Part shown: in pieces, positions 7,907 to 17,469 of the stretch
How positions within the stretch are numbered: the stretch's first letter is position 1
How the letters are laid out: each line of letters starts with the position of its first letter
DNA from: a virus
Taxonomy: Duplodnaviria > Caudoviricetes
IMG/VR virus record: IMGVR_UViG_3300042997_000157
Span: 1 to 26,407 of that record
Reading direction: 5' to 3' (one strand)
DNA length: 26,407 nt
The notes under the pieces: model-generated
What the model was told of the DNA's origin: nothing
Seen by the model: the letters and a program-made list of their open reading frames with translations, nothing else
Database searches by the model: none
Made by a program: the position numbers and the translations under genes

Positions 7907-8875
7907 TCACTTTTTATATTTGTGGGCGTACAAATTAGCTGAACAGTGGCATGATTCATACGGACAGACTACATAGTCATTGATAAACTCAACATTATCT
8001 ACATCTAAATCTGCTACAATTGGTGATAATTTACAGCCATTGGTTTGACCGCGTCTACATAAATTAACATCTACTGTCAATGCATCATTGTTTATATTAC
8101 AATGCCATCCTAAAAAATGATTTTGATCTTTTTTAATCAAATCCTGTGATCCGGTAAAATCTATAGTGCTTCCGTCATCATATGATATTCTAATTCTATT
8201 CTCATGCTGATTTATTAGTGGAATATCAGAATCTACTTTGTTTGATTTTTTTCCGTAGGATATTGTTGACACATATTCTATTTGTTCAGGTGTTAGCTTA
8301 GAAAATAGATTGTACGTTGTAATATTCATGTACTTTATTTCAATTTTGCTAGCGGTGTTTTCTTTTAAAAAATTTACTGAATTTACTACTCTATCCATTG
8401 TTTCATGGGTATGTGTTATGAAACAATTTGTTTTTGTACTTGTATTGTGAAATGTGTTTAACACATTTGCAATATGTTCATAATCATCTGTTTTTTCTGT
8501 ATGGTATGATATGTATAACGCATCTATTGCATTTGCTTGTTTACATTCTTCCCACCAACGCAGTGTTCTACTTCCATTTGAAATCAATCCTATATAGGCT
8601 CCTTTGGATTTCAAGTACGTTACTAATTCAATAAAATTTGGGTATAAGGTTGGTTCGCCACCTGTTATAAAAAACCAAACGTTTGGTCCTGAAGCCTTTA
8701 ACAATTTATCAGCGTATAATTTGTATGTACTTAATGGTTTCCACTTACGATCACCTATTTTATTTTCATTTCCGCAATAGCTACAATCATAATTACATAC
8801 ATTGTGCAATGACCATTCTATAACTTTATGAGTTGTTTTTACTATTTTTTCTGAAATGATAGGTATTTTTGTCAT
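7907..8875 (-). CDS. Radical SAM protein with a Cys-rich C-terminal domain
   Basis: CNYDCSYC (CxxxCxxC), TGGEP, ISNGS, C-terminal WHC...C...C...CPYESCHC. Start at 8875 gives an ATGA overlap with the upstream gene. Confidence 0.9.
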   Translation of the reverse strand: MTKIPIISEKIVKTTHKVIEWSLHNVCNYDCSYCGNENKIGDRKWKPLSTYKLYADKLLKASGPNVWFFITGGEPTLYPNFIELVTYLKSKGAYIGLISNGSRTLRWWEECKQANAIDALYISYHTEKTDDYEHIANVLNTFHNTSTKTNCFITHTHETMDRVVNSVNFLKENTASKIEIKYMNITTYNLFSKLTPEQIEYVSTISYGKKSNKVDSDIPLINQHENRIRISYDDGSTIDFTGSQDLIKKDQNHFLGWHCNINNDALTVDVNLCRRGQTNGCKLSPIVADLDVDNVEFINDYVVCPYESCHCSANLYAHKYKK

Positions 8876-9978
8876 TTCTTTTTCCCACACACTTCAACAC
8901 AGAATAAAAGTTTACCGTCACTTGCTGATTTTTTATTCCAGCTGTCAATAAAAAAGCTTGTAAAATACTTGCTTTGTAATATGTCTATCATTGAATGTTT
9001 TTTTATATTAAATTTATCTAGACCCACTTCATTAATCAAATGTTTAAATTGATGGCGAGAAAATGAATTTACTCTTTCCACTAATGCACCACCTAAATAA
9101 CAACATGGTAACAAATGTCCTGAGGCAGTAACAAAAATAGCTTGGTCTTCGGGGTATTGAAGTGACTCACAATTGATAGGTGTAACAATAGACCAATTAT
9201 TAACTTCATCGGACAATTTTGGAATATTTGCTATAGGTTTTATTGATATCTTTTTGCCAGATGGTACGTTGACTTTTTCAGATGAATAGTCAACTGGATA
9301 TATATTATATTCATGTTGTCCAGTCTTATCAAATACTTCTATGAACGGGTTACTTTCATAGAAGCCTAAGGGTTTTTTAACTGAGAAACCAAATCCTAAT
9401 TTTTTAGCAAGTAGTTTTGCTTCTTCAACTTGATGTTTATTGTGGTCAAAAATTAACCATTCCCATATAGCATATCCGCCGGCTTCACTGTACGCTGTCA
9501 TGTTAGATATGACTTTATCCCACATCACGCCTCTACGATATATGTGGTTAGTGTCTTCTAAACCGTCTACACTAAATACCACACCTGCTTTACTCAATGG
9601 ATAATCCGGTATCTCTTTATTTGTATTGTAGAAAAACGTGCCTAAGTCATGCCAAAAATCTGTGCTACGCATACCTGCATTAGTTCTTACGTGCTGTATC
9701 AAATCGTGATTAGACATTGTTTGAAAATATTGTAATATTTCAGGCAATTCTTTAACAAAACCCGCATCACCTAAATTACCACAATAGTTTATTCGTCTTA
9801 AATTATGTAATATTTCTACCGGGAACATTTGTTTTATATCAGTCAAAGAAAGGGTATCGTTGTTTAATCCCTCTATGACTTCTCCGCCGCTATAATTTCT
9901 ACTACAAACCGGGCAACTAGCATTACATTTGGTAGTTAATTCAATTTGTAATTTAGTAATTTTTTCTATATTATACAT
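8872..9978 (-). CDS. Radical SAM protein with a SPASM/twitch-like C-terminus
   Basis: CNASCPVC, CGNLGD, RTNAG, FSVDGLEDTNHIYRR, C...G-x-x-LPCC...C-x-x-x-C. Confidence 0.9.
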   Translation of the reverse strand: MYNIEKITKLQIELTTKCNASCPVCSRNYSGGEVIEGLNNDTLSLTDIKQMFPVEILHNLRRINYCGNLGDAGFVKELPEILQYFQTMSNHDLIQHVRTNAGMRSTDFWHDLGTFFYNTNKEIPDYPLSKAGVVFSVDGLEDTNHIYRRGVMWDKVISNMTAYSEAGGYAIWEWLIFDHNKHQVEEAKLLAKKLGFGFSVKKPLGFYESNPFIEVFDKTGQHEYNIYPVDYSSEKVNVPSGKKISIKPIANIPKLSDEVNNWSIVTPINCESLQYPEDQAIFVTASGHLLPCCYLGGALVERVNSFSRHQFKHLINEVGLDKFNIKKHSMIDILQSKYFTSFFIDSWNKKSASDGKLLFCVEVCGKKK

Positions 9979-10005
9979 GTTGTTTTCTATCTCAGTCGGA
10001 TACCT

Positions 10006-11082
10006 TCATGTAATTGCTTCCCCGCATGTCTCTGCACAAAATAGTAATCTACCATCTTTGATTGATTTATTTTCCCACCCCTTGATGAAAAAATTAGTAA
10101 ATTCACTATCTTGTAATATGTCTATCATATTTCTTTTTCTCAAATCTATTTTATCTAGTCCCAACTCATTTATTTTTTCATAAAATTGTTGGTTAGCATA
10201 TGTTAACGTGTTATTGATTAAGGGACCACTTAAGTAACAACAAGGAATTAAATGACCCGAACTAGTTACAAATATTTGTTGACTATTATTATTCTTAAGT
10301 GACATACATTTTACATTGCGTTTTTTTGAGAGTGATTCGTGTTCATCTGTCAAAGTATGATGTTTGATTGGTATATATTTGTTAGGTATTATATTTTTAG
10401 TACCTTCATAATTAGCAGGAAATATATTATAATCAAAAGTCAAGTCTTTATTGTAAACTTCTACGTATGACTTTTTATCTTTAAACCCCATTGGCTCTTT
10501 CACCATAAATATGAAGCCTAAATCTTTTGCTATTTTGCGGGCTTCGGCAACTTGATGCTGATTATGCTCAAACAATAAATATTCCCATCTACCATATGCT
10601 TTAGTTTTTGCATATGCTTCCATGTTAGTATATACCTTTTCCCATTTTACATTTCTACGATAGATATGATTCGTATCTTCTAATCCATCTACACTCCAAA
10701 TTACACCATTATTAAATTTGGGTTGTTTTTCTGCAAAAAATAATCCAAGTTCTTTCCAAAAGTCTGTATCACGCATTCCACCATTGGTTCTTATCTGCTG
10801 GTATAAATACCTATCAAAATTGTCTCTAAAATATCTTAAGATAGGTATTAAATCAGTGGCGTAACCCGGATCACCAAAGTTTCCACAGTGATTAACAAAA
10901 TTTAAATTTTTTAAAATTTCTTTGGGAAATATTTTTATGATATCATCTAAGAATAATTCATTGTGTACATATTCATCGATTACAGGGCCGCCTTGAATAT
11001 TTCGATTACACAATGGGCAACTTGAATTACATCTAGTAGTTAGTTCAATTTGAAGTTTTTTGATAGATGATATATTATACAT
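10006..11082 (-). CDS. Radical SAM protein with a SPASM/twitch-like C-terminus (paralog of 8872..9978)
   Basis: CNSSCPLC, CGNFGD, RTNGG, WSVDGLEDTNHIYRR, IPCC, FCAETCG. Confidence 0.9.
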   Translation of the reverse strand: MYNISSIKKLQIELTTRCNSSCPLCNRNIQGGPVIDEYVHNELFLDDIIKIFPKEILKNLNFVNHCGNFGDPGYATDLIPILRYFRDNFDRYLYQQIRTNGGMRDTDFWKELGLFFAEKQPKFNNGVIWSVDGLEDTNHIYRRNVKWEKVYTNMEAYAKTKAYGRWEYLLFEHNQHQVAEARKIAKDLGFIFMVKEPMGFKDKKSYVEVYNKDLTFDYNIFPANYEGTKNIIPNKYIPIKHHTLTDEHESLSKKRNVKCMSLKNNNSQQIFVTSSGHLIPCCYLSGPLINNTLTYANQQFYEKINELGLDKIDLRKRNMIDILQDSEFTNFFIKGWENKSIKDGRLLFCAETCGEAIT

Positions 11083-11085
11083 CGT

Positions 11086-12159
11086 CTATTTATAGAAATC
11101 TATAACCTTATCTGCAATATATTCTATTTCATTATCTAACAACTCTGGATATATTGGTAAGCTTATTACACCTCTAGAAAGCATTACGCTTGTACCCATC
11201 AGATCAGGTCTACTGATATTTCTATCCTGTGCTGTAGGCAAATCACCTAACACATACTCGTAATGTATCTTACTATCAATACCATCAGTTAACAAATGAG
11301 TATGTAGTGAATTTCTATCAGGTAGATACATTACAAATTTTTGATGTGCATGGGGTATATTAGTATCAGATAAACAACTCAATGGTAGTTCTCTAAAAGC
11401 ATCACACCAATATTTTGATATCTCACTTCTACGCTTTTGCCAATCATTAATATACTTTGTTCTAACAAGAATCTGAGCACAATCTTGTTCACTCATCTTA
11501 CTGTTAGTTCCTACATCATGGAATGCAGGCTTGTTATTGTCTCTGTAGGTAGCGGCAAACAGGTATAGATGTTCATCGTTTGTGACAATCGCACCACCGT
11601 TTCCTGAGCTTGGTAAGTTCTTTGTAGGGTCAAAACTGATTGCCATACCACTACCCACTTGACCCTCAGCAACTAACCAATGCTGGGCACCATCTACAAT
11701 AATACCGTGACTGTTTTCTATTCTTGCTTGTTCCCATGGTTTCAATCCAGCAAAACCAACTAAACAATTATATACGCCTGAGGTCTGCCCGGTGAAGCTT
11801 AGAATACCATATTTGTCTGTATCACCCAACTCAATGTCCCAACCAGCAGTTAAGAATGCATTAAGTGTAGCAGGGTATGTTAGGTTGGGTAGTAGAACTT
11901 TAGGATTACCTTGCATTGATTGATTATGTTTAATCTTCTTGTATCGTGCGATAATCTCAAGTGCTTGTGTACCACTATGTACAGTTATAGCATATTTTGT
12001 TTTGGTGCGGTGTCTAAGCCATTCTTCAAATGACCGAGTATAATGCCCACCAACTAACTGTCCGTCTTTAAGAGCACGGTGAGTTGCATCAAGCAACTCT
12101 TCACCGATGTTCTTATACTGTCTTGCTAGACCAAAATGGGGAATTACTAAGCCACTCAT
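11086..12159 (-). CDS. DegT/DnrJ/EryC1/StrS-family PLP-dependent nucleotide-sugar aminotransferase
   Basis: SGTQAL, DGAQH, SFDPTKNL (PLP lysine), GNGGA, GTNSKMSE, ISLPIYPEL. Likely start is MSGLVIP at 12159. Confidence 0.9.
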   Translation of the reverse strand: MSGLVIPHFGLARQYKNIGEELLDATHRALKDGQLVGGHYTRSFEEWLRHRTKTKYAITVHSGTQALEIIARYKKIKHNQSMQGNPKVLLPNLTYPATLNAFLTAGWDIELGDTDKYGILSFTGQTSGVYNCLVGFAGLKPWEQARIENSHGIIVDGAQHWLVAEGQVGSGMAISFDPTKNLPSSGNGGAIVTNDEHLYLFAATYRDNNKPAFHDVGTNSKMSEQDCAQILVRTKYINDWQKRRSEISKYWCDAFRELPLSCLSDTNIPHAHQKFVMYLPDRNSLHTHLLTDGIDSKIHYEYVLGDLPTAQDRNISRPDLMGTSVMLSRGVISLPIYPELLDNEIEYIADKVIDFYK

Positions 12160-13081
12160 AATATCTTTCAAAGCCTTCTTCTACATCTACTTTAGGGTCA
12201 TATCCAAAGTCTCTACGAGCGGCATCAATGTTCAATGCACCACGACTTGGGAAGTCTGCGTCTTTGTCTTTAACTACCAATGTACCGCCACCAGCTAACT
12301 TTAATGCTAGTTGTGCGGCTTCTAACAATGTACGACTATGACTTTTAGTAATATTATATGTTTTATTCTCTGTGTTATCACTTAATGCGGCAGCAACAAT
12401 ACCATCTGCGGCGTCATCAACATAAGTAAAGTCTAATGTTTCATTAGCACCATTAACATTCAATGTGCCTCCACGCATTGCTGTTAACATAAACTTGGCA
12501 ATCACACGATCCTCAACATCTAACGGGCCATAGACAGCACTTGGACGAATGATAGTATGGCTGAAACAATTACGACGGCTATAGTCTTTAACAAGATGTT
12601 CACCTGACAGTTTCATAATGCCGTACTGTCCCTGTGGCTTACAGTTATAATCTTCTGTTACATCATCAGTAAAGTCCCCGTATACCATTGAACTACTGAT
12701 ATAAACAAACTTCTTTATTTTATGTTTCTTGCTAACTTCACACAAATTCAATAGACCTTCCATCATTGTTTTTGCTCCCATAGTTGGATTAGCATTAACA
12801 ACTTTTTGTCTTGGAAAACTAGCCATATGAATTACAATATCAAATTTGTATCTACCAAAGAGCCAGTCAATACTTTCACTAGAAATATCAATAGCATGGA
12901 TACTACCGGGTTGAATTTTCTTCAACCGTTCTGTCATTAGATAGTCAATCTCATCTTGTGGGATGATACCGTAGTTAGTTCGTATATCGGTAATAGCAAC
13001 ACGGTGCCCCATACGTTGTAATCTATCTACTACGTTATGTCCAATAAGTCCTAATCCGCCTGTAACTAATATATTACTCAT
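12113..13081 (-). CDS. NAD-dependent nucleotide-sugar epimerase/dehydratase (extended SDR)
   Basis: TGGLGLIG Rossmann motif, SSSMVYG, catalytic YGIMK (YxxxK), RPSAVYGP, DFTYVDD. Confidence 0.92.
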   Translation of the reverse strand: MSNILVTGGLGLIGHNVVDRLQRMGHRVAITDIRTNYGIIPQDEIDYLMTERLKKIQPGSIHAIDISSESIDWLFGRYKFDIVIHMASFPRQKVVNANPTMGAKTMMEGLLNLCEVSKKHKIKKFVYISSSMVYGDFTDDVTEDYNCKPQGQYGIMKLSGEHLVKDYSRRNCFSHTIIRPSAVYGPLDVEDRVIAKFMLTAMRGGTLNVNGANETLDFTYVDDAADGIVAAALSDNTENKTYNITKSHSRTLLEAAQLALKLAGGGTLVVKDKDADFPSRGALNIDAARRDFGYDPKVDVEEGFERYYEWLSNSPFWSSKTV

Positions 13082-13406
13082 ATTTTAATTTCCAAAATGT
13101 TAATTGTTTATGTGTTAGATATGCTCTAATCTGATAGATGTGACTATAATTATATATGTCATGGTTACGATGCCAACTGGGTGTAGGATTAGAGTTTTCC
13201 ATTATCCATTTACCTGCTTCTGTCTCTTGCCACTCATATATAGGTTGAGCCACCATTAAATCAGGATCTTCAACATCACCCATTCTAATAGTATGAACTA
13301 TATGAGTAATGGAGACAATCTCTTCACCGATATCGGACATACGTATCTGATACTTGGGTCTAGTAAATTCGTCTTTAGACTGCCATTGTTGCTTTGATAG
13401 GGCCAT
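13074..13406 (-). CDS. Hypothetical phage protein
   Basis: 110-aa ORF overlapping both thyA and the epimerase. The start could be the later Met at 13340. Confidence 0.7.
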   Translation of the reverse strand: MALSKQQWQSKDEFTRPKYQIRMSDIGEEIVSITHIVHTIRMGDVEDPDLMVAQPIYEWQETEAGKWIMENSNPTPSWHRNHDIYNYSHIYQIRAYLTHKQLTFWKLKYE

Positions 13407-14274
13407 GACTTTGATAGTTCTCCAAATGTATATCTGCCATTGTCATCTCAAAAATGTTTGTCTTTGAAGCATTCAACATTAATGTAGGCAATGGATACGG
13501 TTCACGTGTTAGTTGTTCTTTAACTTGTTCAATGTGGTCTTTGTATATGTGTGTGTCGCCGGTACTGATAACAAGTTCACCTACCTTCAAACCGGTGTGA
13601 TGTGCCAATAGATGTGTAAGTAGTGCATAACTAGCAATGTTAAAAGGTAGACCCAAGAACACATCAACACTACGCTGATACATATGGCAAGAAAGTTCTT
13701 TATTTTTGTTGACATAGAATTGACTCATAACGTGACAAGGGGGCAAGGCCATTTCGTCTAACTCACTCACGTTCCAGGCACTTAGAATATGCCTGCGCCC
13801 ATTAGGATCTTCAGTTAATCCTTTAATGAGATTTGCCAATTGGTCAACTTCTGTTTGGTCAACAGCGAGGCGTGTGCCACCTTTGTGTGCCGCGCCCATG
13901 TCTTTCTCTGTGCGATACTTGTTCCAGTGTCTCCATTGTACACCATAGACTCGACCAAGATCACCTTCGAATTTCGCTTTAGGCTTCCAGTACGGAGCCT
14001 CTGCATTCGGGGTCCAGATAGTAACCTTTCCTTCACTTGTACCGTGGGTAAGTTCTGCCAGTCTACGTTCATCACTAGAGCCTTCAATAAACCATAGAAG
14101 CTCACCGACGCAAGCTTTCCAAGCAAGTTTCTTAGTAGTGACTGCGGGAAAGCCCCTACGCAAATCAAAGCGAATATGACGTCCAAAAACACTATGAGTG
14201 CCAACACCGGTTCTATCATCTTTAATCTCTCCGTTATCTAAAATATCTTGTAGTAGTTCTTTGTATTGTTTCAT
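13375..14274 (-). CDS. thyA: Thymidylate synthase
   Basis: DRTGVGT, ELLWFI, YGVQWR, ALPPCH (catalytic Cys), YQRSVDVFLGLPFNIASY, HIY. Confidence 0.97.
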   Translation of the reverse strand: MKQYKELLQDILDNGEIKDDRTGVGTHSVFGRHIRFDLRRGFPAVTTKKLAWKACVGELLWFIEGSSDERRLAELTHGTSEGKVTIWTPNAEAPYWKPKAKFEGDLGRVYGVQWRHWNKYRTEKDMGAAHKGGTRLAVDQTEVDQLANLIKGLTEDPNGRRHILSAWNVSELDEMALPPCHVMSQFYVNKNKELSCHMYQRSVDVFLGLPFNIASYALLTHLLAHHTGLKVGELVISTGDTHIYKDHIEQVKEQLTREPYPLPTLMLNASKTNIFEMTMADIHLENYQSHGPIKATMAV

Positions 14275-14280
14275 AGTTAT

Positions 14281-14289
14281 ATTGTATCA
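14281..14289 (-). promoter_or_regulatory. Extended -10 promoter for thyA (probably leaderless)
   Basis: TGaTACAAT-ataact-ATG, no Shine-Dalgarno, directly after a terminator. Confidence 0.6.
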
Positions 14290-14299
14290 TATTAATGAG

Positions 14300-14325
14300 A
14301 AAAGCCCCGAACAATCAGGGCTTTT
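14300..14325. terminator. Intrinsic terminator
   Basis: AAAAGCCC-10 nt-GGGCTTTT. Confidence 0.75.
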
Positions 14326-14332
14326 GACTATG

Positions 14333-14629
14333 TTAGAGTTTACCTAATAATCTATCAGTTTCTGGTTGCACTGTATCAGCGATACTTTGAACGTTTAGAA
14401 TAAATTCTACACTGACGATTAAGTCTTCTAGTTCATGTAGTTTTCTGCTAACTGCATCTTCTACTTGATCTGGGTCCAATCCTTGTGACAAGAATTTTTC
14501 AATATTAATTGTCTGTTGTTTTTTACCCTCCAGTTTAATAATTAATTTTTTAATAAACTGTACGGGTATTTTATTTTTTTCAACATCTTCAAGTATATGT
14601 TCCCACTTATCGATGAATTCAGGTGACAT
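14333..14629 (-). CDS. Hypothetical phage protein
   Basis: 98-aa ORF, TAATG overlap with the upstream gene. Confidence 0.75.
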   Translation of the reverse strand: MSPEFIDKWEHILEDVEKNKIPVQFIKKLIIKLEGKKQQTINIEKFLSQGLDPDQVEDAVSRKLHELEDLIVSVEFILNVQSIADTVQPETDRLLGKL

Positions 14630-15294
14630 TATGTGTTAACTTTTGCTTTTGTTTTTCTTGCCTTAGGCGCTGTTGTTGCGACTGGTGCAACTCCTGGATC
14701 CATAGCGGTAGCTTCTTCGATTAATCGTTGTGCTTCTGCTAGTAAGCCTTTTGCTTCACGTTCCATACGTTGTGCTTGCTCAAGTCTTTGCTTTGCTAAA
14801 GTAGTATCACCCAAGATACCGTCTGGTGCATTAGGAATTGATGTTGCCGTCTGATCTCCACGTAGTCTACGTGCTACATCACCGGGGGATTGCAATCCTG
14901 TACTTGCATCAAGTTCTGCTAGTCTGCGTACTGCACTCTCACCTTGTTTCATTTCGTCAAGGATAGAGTTTAACTCATTCAACTTGATTCTAGTATTAGG
15001 TGCGGGTGTCATAACAACTAGTTCAGTGTTAACTTTCTTTAACAAACCTTCCATGTGAAGATATGTAAGAATTGGTCTACCGTCTTTAGTGTAAGTACGA
15101 TTTAATGCGTCAGCTAAATTTTCGCTGTTCTGTCCAATATCACTTTCAATGCATTGCATCATTGGATCGTGAATGTGTTGATTTAGCGTTTCTGTATATG
15201 TAACTAAGCACATATGGGCTTCGCCGGGTACTTCTCTGAATACGACAGCTACTTTTCTGTCTCCATGTTTACCGACGTGTCTTAAAAAAGCCAT
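14629..15294 (-). CDS. Hypothetical phage protein with coiled-coil and basic C-terminal tail
   Basis: AAGGAG RBS, TTAAATA element upstream, tail APKARKTKAKV. Confidence 0.8.
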   Translation of the reverse strand: MAFLRHVGKHGDRKVAVVFREVPGEAHMCLVTYTETLNQHIHDPMMQCIESDIGQNSENLADALNRTYTKDGRPILTYLHMEGLLKKVNTELVVMTPAPNTRIKLNELNSILDEMKQGESAVRRLAELDASTGLQSPGDVARRLRGDQTATSIPNAPDGILGDTTLAKQRLEQAQRMEREAKGLLAEAQRLIEEATAMDPGVAPVATTAPKARKTKAKVNT

Positions 15295-15374
15295 ATTGTG
15301 TTCTCCTTTTATGTAGTTTATTTAATAGTAAAATTGCTAGTGGAATTTTTTATTCTGCTAGCGATTTACCCGTT

Positions 15375-16817
15375 TCATTGATTGCCACTCAATAGGGTTG
15401 TTAGTTTAAAGTATTTTCCAGTTTTATTGGATAAAGTTTTTCTACTATCAGTGAATGCTTCTTTGACTAAGAAGAAATCCACAATACCATCACCGTTGAG
15501 ATCCTTAGTAGGAATTACTTGTGTATACTCACCGTACTCAGTATTATGTTTTAAATGCATCTTTGGTGTCAGATCAGCTTCATGTAGTTTGCCATCTGAT
15601 CCATAGTAAAAGTATCCTTTACCCAAATCTTTTACATCGGTTACAAATTTCTTAATGAACATAAATCCATTAACTCCTTCACCGTACTTACCCCATGTTA
15701 ACCAGCGATATAGTTGATCGGTTTTGCTTGTACTATTCGAGTTAAAACTAGATAGAGTATATGGCCAACCTTTGAAATTTAAATCGTCATTTGAACATTT
15801 AAAGTTGCTATTTTTGTCTTGTAAGAAAACACTTACATAATGACTATGCTTTAATATTGAATCATCAGATGCTTCAGTAACGCCAATGAAGTCTTCAAGA
15901 CCATCATTGTTCACATCTACTACTTCAATATGAGCATAACCTTGCATGATATCAAAATTAGAATTACCGCATTTCATTGCATTCACATTTTGTTGACTTA
16001 GTACAACACCTTGATTGTTCATCGTATTGATAGTAATGTCATTTGGAGTGAGGTGTCGTGTGCCTATTTTTCTATGATATGGCATCGCAATCGCACCGTA
16101 ATTACCATCTGCTAATTTAATTAATCCACTAGTGGCCGCAGTAAAATTAGTTTTAATAATTTTGTGACCCGTACTTGAACTCAAATACAAATATGCGTTA
16201 CTCATAGTTCCCACTGTGAAATCTAAAATTCCATCACCGTTTATATCTCTAGGAGAAAAAGATGAGTGCCAATATTTTGTACCAACTGATTCGTTCAGCA
16301 CTTTAAGATCAAAACTATTTGATTGATTTTTATATAAACCCCAAACATTGCCGCGCGGCCATAAATCAAAGGGTACATCATCTGGTTCTCTACCTAAATC
16401 TAAAAAGATTAAATCTTCACCTGTTGAGTTATTTGAAAACTTACCAACGTGCATAGTGTTGATAAATCCTACAGGAATCTTAGGGAAAGAATCACTAGTT
16501 TCTAACTTTTTTAAAGTGTTTCCGTCAACTTCAATATGAATGTATGATGGGTCAGTTAGACTATATATTGCGCTACGTAATGGCCCCATTGGTGGAATAA
16601 GTATTTCTTTTTTACCATTATTGTTTTTATCAATAACAGTATGAGTAGGAAACCACGGGATGATATCATCATGTTCAACTACTATGAAATTATCAGACTC
16701 ATACCATCCAAATTCTTTTTTAGCAACGAACGGAGTAGGTTCAACAACTTGTGCGCCTCCTCCACCGCATGCGGATAATGTAAGAGCAACAACTAAGGGT
16801 AATAGAACAAATTTCAT
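15375..16817 (-). CDS. Lipoprotein with FG-GAP/VCBS-like repeats
   Basis: MKFVLLPLVVALTLSA-C-GGGG lipobox. D-x-(N/D)-x-DG-x-x-D-type repeats DKNNNGKKEI, DINGDGILDF, DVNNDGLEDF, DLNGDGIVDF. Start 16817 gives an ATGA overlap. Confidence 0.8.
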   Translation of the reverse strand: MKFVLLPLVVALTLSACGGGGAQVVEPTPFVAKKEFGWYESDNFIVVEHDDIIPWFPTHTVIDKNNNGKKEILIPPMGPLRSAIYSLTDPSYIHIEVDGNTLKKLETSDSFPKIPVGFINTMHVGKFSNNSTGEDLIFLDLGREPDDVPFDLWPRGNVWGLYKNQSNSFDLKVLNESVGTKYWHSSFSPRDINGDGILDFTVGTMSNAYLYLSSSTGHKIIKTNFTAATSGLIKLADGNYGAIAMPYHRKIGTRHLTPNDITINTMNNQGVVLSQQNVNAMKCGNSNFDIMQGYAHIEVVDVNNDGLEDFIGVTEASDDSILKHSHYVSVFLQDKNSNFKCSNDDLNFKGWPYTLSSFNSNSTSKTDQLYRWLTWGKYGEGVNGFMFIKKFVTDVKDLGKGYFYYGSDGKLHEADLTPKMHLKHNTEYGEYTQVIPTKDLNGDGIVDFFLVKEAFTDSRKTLSNKTGKYFKLTTLLSGNQ

Positions 16818-17062
16818 GACCATTTCAATTCAAAGACAGTAGCTTCTTTAGGATCTTCAAAACTGATATGCCCTATTGAATCTAAGTTACTAAAAAAATC
16901 AGCAGTATTCATTATTATAGAAAATCTGCCACGTAAATGATCTAGCACCCATTGCTTCGATTCTTCTGTTAAAGGTGTTGATACCATCACAAAATGCACT
17001 GGTGGATAATTAACTTGCCTATCAGCGAACCATACTATAGGATCAATATGATAATCAATCAT
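16814..17062 (-). CDS. Hypothetical phage protein
   Basis: 82 aa, ATGA-coupled on both sides, C-terminal FEDPKEATVFELKW. Confidence 0.75.
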   Translation of the reverse strand: MIDYHIDPIVWFADRQVNYPPVHFVMVSTPLTEESKQWVLDHLRGRFSIIMNTADFFSNLDSIGHISFEDPKEATVFELKWS

Positions 17063-17469
17063 TTAGTTAGTGCATCCAACATCTTATACTTTTCATATGC
17101 TTCAACTACCATAGGCGTGCTATTACGATTCTTCGGAGATACATCCACCCAAAGATCATTGTTTAGGTCAGGGTGGATAAACTGACTACCTAAAGTCGCA
17201 AAGTTCCTAGGTTGGTGAATCTTGCCACTAGTGTATAAACGTGTTGCTAGTGCTTCTACTTCTTCCCAGGATTTTACTGAAAGGTCATACTCCTGTGGAT
17301 TACGTGAGGTATAATTACCTTCATCGTAGTATTGTTTTACTATAAATATAAATTCTTCTAAATCAGCAGTCATAGTGCGAGTAATAATCAATAAAACGTC
17401 ATCCTCGGACACTTCGCCTAACAAGATACTACGCAAACATCTACCTAAACTTGTACCAATATGCATCAT
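17059..17469 (-). CDS. Hypothetical phage protein
   Basis: 136 aa, ATGA-coupled on both sides. Confidence 0.75.
   Translation of the reverse strand: MMHIGTSLGRCLRSILLGEVSEDDVLLIITRTMTADLEEFIFIVKQYYDEGNYTSRNPQEYDLSVKSWEEVEALATRLYTSGKIHQPRNFATLGSQFIHPDLNNDLWVDVSPKNRNSTPMVVEAYEKYKMLDALTK

Noticed and set aside
7907-11082. RiPP (peptide-modifying) radical SAM cluster
   Set aside because: No adjacent precursor peptide, RRE/PqqD-like domain, peptidase or exporter is visible. The sugar-enzyme context fits better.
13375-14274. thyA as a dCMP hydroxymethylase or other base-modifying paralog, or as an intron host
   Set aside because: It keeps the dUMP-specifying Asn (PFNIASY) rather than Asp, and the ORF is continuous. 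The short insertion near KYRTEKDMGAAHKGG is far too small for an intein.
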